From an uncultured Candidatus Saccharibacteria bacterium (GTDB taxonomy: Bacteria > Patescibacteriota > Minisyncoccia > SW-4-49-11): 64,000 nucleotides of DNA. The position numbers and the translations under genes were made by a program. Shown here piece by piece: positions 57,562 to 64,000 of the stretch. Position 1 is the stretch's first letter; each line of letters begins with the position of its first letter. Location of the stretch: the NCBI GenBank assembly GCA_964585065.1, contig CAZPCB010000002.1, positions 68,886-132,885 of the forward strand, given 5' to 3'. The notes beneath the pieces were generated by a model. It made no database searches. It was given only the letters and a program-made list of their open reading frames with translations, and was not told the DNA's origin.

Positions 57562-57605
57562 AACAACATAAAAGAACTCTCTCATATAATAGTATCTCAA
57601 CTAAA

Positions 57606-57679
57606 TCTAGTACTATTAATATCTCTTTACCCTGCCCTGGAAAATCAGTGATGAATTAAGACGGGCTTTAGGGGTGTGA
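57606..57679 (+). pseudogene. displaced 3' fragment of the DUF59/sufT gene
   Basis: Reads SSTINIS(frameshift)TLPWKISDELRRALGV* versus SITINVTFTPPWKVSDELREALGI* at 54211-54285. Confidence 0.85.
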
Positions 57680-57735
57680 ATTCTTGACAAGTTTTTGGAG
57701 GGTGCTATACTAATTTATATACATAAAATCAATAT

Positions 57736-58662
57736 ATGAAATCACATCTTTTATCTATAATAGCAGCAAGTATTATTGTACTTGGTGGATCATTTTTAGT
57801 GGTAAATACTATTTTAGCTAAGGATGAGGCTTCAGAGTTAGATAAAAAATCTCAAGAATCACAACGTGAATTTGAGAAGCAGGCACAAAAAGTAAGAGAA
57901 ATAAAACCTCAAGAAGATACAAAACGCCCACCTTTGGTAAAGAAAGAGGATTCAGAAGATGATAATTCAGAAGATGAATCACAAAAAACTTTATTAGAGC
58001 GACAAAAAGAGCAAAATCAGCAATTAATGGAAAGACAAAAAGAACAAACTAAAAAAATGTCTGAAAAAACAAGAGAAGCTGAGAAGCAAGGTCTAGAGAA
58101 AAAAGATAAGGAGGATAGCCCAAACCCAAATGATGAAGGCCAAGATGATTCAGTAGATTCTTTGTCTGAGCAAATTACTGTAGGGCCAGAGCGAGAGAAG
58201 AAAATCAAGGATAAGTGTCAGGAAATTAGTAATAAAATTGCTGAACATCAAAATGAATTAAAGGCAAAAGCTGAAAAAAGACTTGGTAAATATAATAAAA
58301 TTATTACTCGATTAGAAGCAGTTTCAACAAAACTAGCAGATTTAGGTGTAGATGTTACCACATATAATGGATATGTAACTGAGGTAAAGTCTCAAGTTGC
58401 TGTATTAAATCAATCAATTAATACCTATATCGCTTCTCTTGGTACTAATACTACTCAACTTTGTACTAAGGAAAAAGCTGCAACAGAATTAAATACCCGA
58501 AAAGCTGATTTGAAGGTTATTATTGCCCAAGATAAAGCAATAAGAACTTATATCAAAGAAACAATAATTCCTTACCTCAGAAGTATAAAACCGCAACAAC
58601 CAACTTCAACAGAACAAGAGAATACAACAGTACCGTCCTCAAACCCCGCCCCAATCCAATAA
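57736..58662 (+). CDS. exported charged coiled-coil protein
   Basis: Signal-like N-terminus, E/K/Q-rich; TTGACA-17-TATACT promoter upstream. Confidence 0.8.
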   Translation: MKSHLLSIIAASIIVLGGSFLVVNTILAKDEASELDKKSQESQREFEKQAQKVREIKPQEDTKRPPLVKKEDSEDDNSEDESQKTLLERQKEQNQQLMERQKEQTKKMSEKTREAEKQGLEKKDKEDSPNPNDEGQDDSVDSLSEQITVGPEREKKIKDKCQEISNKIAEHQNELKAKAEKRLGKYNKIITRLEAVSTKLADLGVDVTTYNGYVTEVKSQVAVLNQSINTYIASLGTNTTQLCTKEKAATELNTRKADLKVIIAQDKAIRTYIKETIIPYLRSIKPQQPTSTEQENTTVPSSNPAPIQ

Positions 58663-58683
58663 TATCAATATAATACTATTCAT

Positions 58684-59190
58684 ATGAGCGACAATCTTGA
58701 ATCCAATAATACAGAATCAGTAAATAGTGAGCCTATGGTTGCTACTCCAGAAGCTACGTCTACACCATCGGTAGAGACATTAATACCATCTGGAGAAACT
58801 AATCCTGGAATTACTTCATTTACTCCTGAGGAGGTAGTAGTTCCAACATCAGCTCCTACTACAACTGAACCCGTAAGCCCAATAGAAAATTTAGCAAAAA
58901 AAGAAGTAGTAACTCGACCATTATTATGGGGAGTAGTAGTATTCTTAGTATTCTTTGCGCTTGTAATAGGAGCCGTAAGTGTATATCGATATTATCAAGA
59001 TCAGAATAAGCCTGTAGAGGATGCATCTATATTACCTGCAACCACTCCAGCTAATACACAAAGTACTCTTGATACTACTCCCGTATCTACAGATACTAAG
59101 GTGCAGGCTGATGCCATTAGTGCAGAAGTACAAAGTATAGATACAGATATAGAAGGAGATGTTTTATCAGATTCTTCATTGGGTTTATAA
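58684..59190 (+). CDS. single-pass membrane protein, T/P/E-rich
   Basis: Central TM LLWGVVVFLVFFALVIGAVSVY. Confidence 0.75.
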   Translation: MSDNLESNNTESVNSEPMVATPEATSTPSVETLIPSGETNPGITSFTPEEVVVPTSAPTTTEPVSPIENLAKKEVVTRPLLWGVVVFLVFFALVIGAVSVYRYYQDQNKPVEDASILPATTPANTQSTLDTTPVSTDTKVQADAISAEVQSIDTDIEGDVLSDSSLGL

Positions 59191-59269
59191 ATCAAGAGAA
59201 TAATTTATCTATTTGACAGTATTGATAATCTTGGGATACACTCTAGATAATGGTTAATATATTTTCAAG

Positions 59270-60661
59270 ATGACATATTTTATTATTACTGGTGCTACGG
59301 GAGATTTAGCTCGCACCAAATTATACCCAGCTTTAGCTGAAATGTTTTCTTATGGCCAATATATCGGGGAAACCCAATTTATTGGAGCTGGCAGAAAGCC
59401 TTATACACAAGAAGAATATCAGCAATTAGTGAGAGATTCTCTTGGTATACATGATTGGAAATTAGATTTTATTGATAATTTACATTATATACAATTAGAC
59501 TTTGATAGTATACTCACAATTCAGAATTTTATTCGGGATTATGACATACAAAAAGGGGATAGAATTATTTGGTATATGGCAATACCACCCCAAGCCTTTG
59601 GGAATATTATTAATACCTTAGTTGATATCAAGAAACAATATCATGATATAGAATATACTCTTGTATTTGAAAAACCATTTGGATCAGATATTATATCGGC
59701 TAAAACATTAAATAATCAGCTCAAAGAATCATTTAGAGAAGAGGAAATATATCGAGTAGATCATTATCTTGGGAAGGAGACAATACAAAACATTTTAGCT
59801 TTGAGATTTGGTAATACTATGTTTGAGCCATTACTCAATAATCATTATGTAGAGTCAATCTCTATTAATGTGTGGGAAGAGCGGGGTATTGATGAGAGAG
59901 CTGAATATTTTGATAATACTGGGATTATTAAAGATATTTTACAAAATCACATTTTACAAACCTTAGCTTTGATTACCATGGAAGCTCCTGTCGCTATGGA
60001 GGCAGAATATATTCGTGATGAAAAACATAAAATTTTAAAGTCTCTGAGACCAATTCAATCTGAGAATATTATCCTAGGACAATATATCGCCTCGAAGGGC
60101 AAAAAAGGGTATTTAGAAGAGTTAGGAGTAGCTCAAAACTCTAAGACAGAGACATATGTAGCGCTGACTGTCTATATAGATAATTTGCGCTGGGAAAATA
60201 CTCCTATTTATATATCAACAGGGAAGCGATTATCAGAGACAAAAGCGGAAATTAGAATAAAATTTAAGCAAAGTTTTAACTATTTTACTCATATTGATGA
60301 ATTTTGTAATCCTCAGCAAAATGAGCTCGTCATTAGTATACAGCCTAATGAAGAGGTATATTATACTGTTAATGCAAAATTTCCTGGTAAAGGAATGTGT
60401 ATACAGCCCGTAAAACTTAATTTCACCTATGAAGAATCATTCGGACAGCGGAGTCAAGGGGCTTATACACGGCTTATACAAGACATTATTGAGCAAGATC
60501 AATCACTATTCATCCGAGCTGATGAAATTGAAGCGGCTTGGAATTATGTGGACGCATTAATTCAATCGAATACTATACAAGAGAGACAACTTGTATTCTA
60601 TGAGGCAGGAAGTAATCCAAATAGTTATTCGCACCTCTATACAAAACAGGGGGAGGGGTGA
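59270..60661 (+). CDS. zwf: glucose-6-phosphate dehydrogenase
   Basis: GATGDLA, EKPFG, YRVDHYLGKE, DILQNH. Confidence 0.96.
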   Translation: MTYFIITGATGDLARTKLYPALAEMFSYGQYIGETQFIGAGRKPYTQEEYQQLVRDSLGIHDWKLDFIDNLHYIQLDFDSILTIQNFIRDYDIQKGDRIIWYMAIPPQAFGNIINTLVDIKKQYHDIEYTLVFEKPFGSDIISAKTLNNQLKESFREEEIYRVDHYLGKETIQNILALRFGNTMFEPLLNNHYVESISINVWEERGIDERAEYFDNTGIIKDILQNHILQTLALITMEAPVAMEAEYIRDEKHKILKSLRPIQSENIILGQYIASKGKKGYLEELGVAQNSKTETYVALTVYIDNLRWENTPIYISTGKRLSETKAEIRIKFKQSFNYFTHIDEFCNPQQNELVISIQPNEEVYYTVNAKFPGKGMCIQPVKLNFTYEESFGQRSQGAYTRLIQDIIEQDQSLFIRADEIEAAWNYVDALIQSNTIQERQLVFYEAGSNPNSYSHLYTKQGEG

Positions 60662-60694
60662 TATACTAAAGAAAGTAAAAAACAATCAAAATAT

Positions 60695-61891
60695 ATGCAT
60701 AGAGTTAAAAGAGAACAAAAAGGCTTCACCTTACTCGAGATATTATTAGTAATAGCCGCAATAGGAATATTGGCAGCCATTGTACTAATAGCCATAAATC
60801 CAAATAGACAATTAGCGCAAGCAAGGAATGCACAGAGACGTAGTGATGTAAATACAATTTATAAAGCTATAGAACAATACTTAATTGATACAGGATCATA
60901 TCCCATAGGGACTATTAATGGGGTATCTACCCCTTTAAATAATACATATGTTGATCTTTGTTCATCAACAAGCCCTGGTAATACATGTTTAAATTTGAAT
61001 GCATTATTAACTCCACAATATTTGGCAGCTATTCCTCGAGATGCTCAGGCAAGTGTTGGTATCACAGGTTATAGAGTTGCTATCAATAGCTTGAATAATA
61101 GGGTTAGTGTTCAAGCTACTACTGTAGAATTAACACAATCAATAGCAATTAATGCATTTGCCCCTAATTGGACTCCCGCGAATATTACCACATCATTGTG
61201 GCTGGATGCCTCTGATAACTCAACTATTACTCAAAGTAGTGGAACAGTTAGTCAATGGAATGATAAAAGTGGTACAAATAAGCATGCAACACAAGCTACG
61301 AGTACGAGAAGACCAGCCATTACATCTAATGCAATCAACGGACTTTCAGCTTTAGATTGGGGGGAAACACAAAGTGATAAATCTATTGGATATTCGACAA
61401 CAGGATTATTGGTAAAAGATGTATATATTGTAGGGTGGTTTTCTGGAGCTTCATTTGGTAACTATTCAGCTTTATTTAACCCTTTTCTTGACAATACATT
61501 TGTAGGTATTACTGCATTGGGGGGTAATCCATATTTTTATAACTATTCTTCGAATACGGCATATTATTTTACTAATTATTATCTTAATGCATCTAGTACG
61601 GACTCAAATACTAATGTTTTTCCTACGGTCACAAGCCCATTTATTTTGAGAGCAAATGCTACACGTGTAGATACAAATGATTGGGTATCAGGATATGCTG
61701 TTGGAATGGATAGAAATTATAATACACTGGGTAGAAGCTGGACTGGTTTTATTGGTGAAATTGTAGTATCTTCAACTGATTTGACATTAAGTGACCGTCA
61801 AAAATTAGAGGGATATCTTGCACATAAATGGGGTCTCATTAGTGCTTTACCAATTACTCATCCATATAAGGTGGTTGCTCCAACCCAATAA
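60695..61891 (+). CDS. type IV pilin-like protein fused to a LamG/ConA-like domain
   Basis: KGFTLLEILLV; C-terminal LWLDASD...VSQWNDKSG...GEIVV...EGYLAHKWG. Confidence 0.86.
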   Translation: MHRVKREQKGFTLLEILLVIAAIGILAAIVLIAINPNRQLAQARNAQRRSDVNTIYKAIEQYLIDTGSYPIGTINGVSTPLNNTYVDLCSSTSPGNTCLNLNALLTPQYLAAIPRDAQASVGITGYRVAINSLNNRVSVQATTVELTQSIAINAFAPNWTPANITTSLWLDASDNSTITQSSGTVSQWNDKSGTNKHATQATSTRRPAITSNAINGLSALDWGETQSDKSIGYSTTGLLVKDVYIVGWFSGASFGNYSALFNPFLDNTFVGITALGGNPYFYNYSSNTAYYFTNYYLNASSTDSNTNVFPTVTSPFILRANATRVDTNDWVSGYAVGMDRNYNTLGRSWTGFIGEIVVSSTDLTLSDRQKLEGYLAHKWGLISALPITHPYKVVAPTQ

Positions 61892-61999
61892 CCTCATACA
61901 AATCAAAAACTACTTATTCATGATGTATTACAAGGAGAATTACTTATTTATATTAACGATTAAGCAATACGATTCTATCTAATATATTGAGATAAATTA

Positions 62000-62503
62000 T
62001 TATGTTTTTAATAAATATCCTAAACTTGATTGGCAGCAAAGTGCCACAGCAAGTCCATCAGCAGCATCATCTGGTTTGGGAATAGATTTGAGACCTAATA
62101 TGGTCGCTACCATTTGTTGCATCTGAGCTTTAGGAGCTTTCCCATAACCTGTTATTGCTTGCTTGATTTGAAGGGGAGTGAATTCAAATAATTGAAGCTT
62201 ATGTAATTCGGCATTGAGTAATATAACCCCACGGGCTTGGGCTACCGTAATGACAGTAGTGGTATTACGAAAAAAGAATAATTTCTCAACAGCCATAATA
62301 TTAGGTTTATGAGTAGCGATAATCTCCTTTAGGCTCTCATCTATAATAGCAAGTCTCTTAGAATCTGAGAGATGGGCTTCTGTGGTAATAACACCATAAT
62401 CCACTATATTAGATACACGAGATAAAGAGGTGTCAATAATACCAAATCCGGTAGTAGCAGTACCGGGATCAATGCCGAGAATACGATAGGGAGCATCACT
62501 CAT
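62000..62503 (-). CDS. ruvC: Holliday junction resolvase RuvC
   Basis: ILGIDPG, VEKLFF, QARGV, PDDAADGLAVA. Confidence 0.95.
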   Translation of the reverse strand: MSDAPYRILGIDPGTATTGFGIIDTSLSRVSNIVDYGVITTEAHLSDSKRLAIIDESLKEIIATHKPNIMAVEKLFFFRNTTTVITVAQARGVILLNAELHKLQLFEFTPLQIKQAITGYGKAPKAQMQQMVATILGLKSIPKPDDAADGLAVALCCQSSLGYLLKT

Positions 62504-62512
62504 AGGAATATA

Positions 62513-63046
62513 TTAGGCTACAGTGCTTGTCCAAATTTCCTCTACATCATCTAATTCTTCTAGGATTTCAATGAGATTGTCTAATTTTTCTTGGGCCTCT
62601 TCAGTAATTTCAGTAGGTATATTTATTTTATATTCTTGTTCTCGAATAATTTCCTCAAACATCCAAATCACTGAACCACTCGCACCAAGACTACCTCCAT
62701 TTTTGGATAAAAGATGTCGTAAATCAGCCACCGTACGATTACCATTATCAGTATATGTCTTAATGAGAAGACCGACCCCCTCAGGCCCAAAACCTTCATA
62801 AATCACAACTTGCCCATTGGTATTGGCTGCCTTTTCTAATATACGACTAATATTATCTTTTGGCATATTAACTTCTTTTGCTTTTTCGAGAGCTAAACGG
62901 AGTTCCGGATTTATAGCAGGGTCGGTAGAACCTTTGCGAGCAGCAATTTGAATAAGTTTTACTACTTTAGAAAAATTCTGGGCTTTGAGCTTATCAGTGG
63001 CAGCTTTTTTATGTTTGATTTTAGAAAATTTATTATGTCCAGACAT
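62513..63046 (-). CDS. yebC: YebC/PmpR-family protein (internally shortened)
   Basis: MSGHNKFSKIKH, NMPKDNI, YEGFGP.G, TDN.NRT, DDVEE. Confidence 0.92.
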   Translation of the reverse strand: MSGHNKFSKIKHKKAATDKLKAQNFSKVVKLIQIAARKGSTDPAINPELRLALEKAKEVNMPKDNISRILEKAANTNGQVVIYEGFGPEGVGLLIKTYTDNGNRTVADLRHLLSKNGGSLGASGSVIWMFEEIIREQEYKINIPTEITEEAQEKLDNLIEILEELDDVEEIWTSTVA

Positions 63047-63129
63047 AGATAAAAGCATTTAATATACTTCTATTATAGCATAAAATAGGCTATTTTGCAA
63101 GATGAGATAAAGTAAAAACCCCCCAAGCA

Positions 63130-63531
63130 TTAGCATGGGAGGGATTTGATTTGTGCAAGCCATGTATTAGCTTGCTGGAGATATTTGCGGCGGTCTTTGC
63201 TGTAGACCTGTGGTTGAGCTTTTAGCTTATCAGGTAGGGCTAGCTGATTTTCAATCAGCTCAATGAGGGTTCCTTTAATAGGCTTCCCCTCAATAATTAC
63301 TCCCCTATGTGCTGCTTCCAAGAATATCACCATGTTGGCAATGCTCCCAGAGCTGAGCTTGAAGAAGGCTTCAAAACGCTCCCCTAAAAACACATAGTCA
63401 GTTTTGGGAATTGAGAGCGGGATTCTTGCGGGGAAAGTGGGGTCCCTTGTTCTCAATAAATCGTAAACCTTTTGAAGGACTTGAGCTTCGGTGAGGCCTT
63501 GTTCAGAGAGAGCCATGAGATTAATGTACAT
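63130..63531 (-). CDS. orphan protein (128-133 aa)
   Basis: TTGCAT-17-TATAAT with extended TG (63571-63543); GC-richer than flanks. Confidence 0.6.
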   Translation of the reverse strand: MYINLMALSEQGLTEAQVLQKVYDLLRTRDPTFPARIPLSIPKTDYVFLGERFEAFFKLSSGSIANMVIFLEAAHRGVIIEGKPIKGTLIELIENQLALPDKLKAQPQVYSKDRRKYLQQANTWLAQIKSLPC

Positions 63532-63611
63532 ATAGTGTCGCGATTATAACATATATGCAAATTTTATGCAATATTGGGGGGCTATAGAACAATATGCTAT
63601 AATAAGAGTAT

Positions 63612-64000
63612 ATGAAGAAGAAAATTGTTATCTTAGACAGTAATGCGGTAATTCACCGAGCTTATCATGCTCTGCCTCCTTTTACTACAGCGGAGGGAGT
63701 AATGGTAAATGCAGTATATGGATATGCCAAATTATTATTAAAAGTAATAAAAGATATTAAGCCAGATATTGTATTAGCAGCTTTTGATGTGGCAGGAGGT
63801 ACATTTCGCCATGAGCAATTCGATGATTATAAGGCAAATCGGGTAGCGGCAGATCAGGATTTATATGATCAAATCCCTTTGGTACAGGAATTAGTAAGGG
63901 GACTTGATATACCTGTCTTGGAACTCGCAGGCTATGAGGCGGATGATATTATTGGAACTATTGCCGAGCAAACCAATAGAAGTAAGAATGAATTGGTAAT
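63612..64000 (+). CDS. polA: DNA polymerase I 5'-3' exonuclease domain (partial)
   Basis: Hand translation MKKKIVILDSNAVIHRAYHALP...NAVYG...FD....TFRH...YKANR...GYEADDIIGT. Confidence 0.9.
   Translation, partial: MKKKIVILDSNAVIHRAYHALPPFTTAEGVMVNAVYGYAKLLLKVIKDIKPDIVLAAFDVAGGTFRHEQFDDYKANRVAADQDLYDQIPLVQELVRGLDIPVLELAGYEADDIIGTIAEQTNRSKNELV

Noticed and set aside
34452-61891. Diversity-generating retroelement acting on the pilins
   Set aside because: No reverse transcriptase and no TR/VR pair differing only at adenines was seen in the window.
1-64000. Alternative genetic code (UGA=Gly, as in Gracilibacteria/Absconditabacteria)
   Set aside because: dnaJ, mutS and yraN end at TGA at expected lengths, and conserved genes are uninterrupted under code 11.

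Overview
AT-rich chromosomal window from a small-genome bacterium using standard code 11 (TGA is used as a stop). Gene content and style point to Patescibacteria/CPR, probably Parcubacteria-like; this is inferred from the short IF-2 and YebC, the VirB4-like module, multiple type IV pilin fusions and the scarcity of Shine-Dalgarno sites. Housekeeping content: rsmA, infB-rbfA, pcrA, typA, mutS-mutL, dnaJ, nrdR, rpsO-pnp, the infA-rpmJ-rpsM-rpsK-rpsD-rpoA-rplQ-rplM-rpsI cluster, a complete SUF set, zwf, ruvC-yebC, the start of polA, and 7 tRNAs. Main findings: (1) a putative peptide writer/eraser locus (7TM protein, ATP-grasp ligase fused to a retropepsin-like protease, and a DUF1704/MATCAP-like metallopeptidase); (2) three dispersed pilin genes sharing a ~135-150 aa chassis fused at one junction to unrelated passenger domains; (3) a 3.3 kb island bracketed by a diverged duplicate of the sufT 3' end; (4) a cloverleaf-like element ending in a copy of the tRNA-Asp 3' end; (5) three parS sites and DnaA-box clusters, some inside genes, with no dnaA nearby; (6) seven self-contained promoter-ORFan-terminator cassettes plus one empty one. 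All calls come from reading the sequence by eye; no searches were run.
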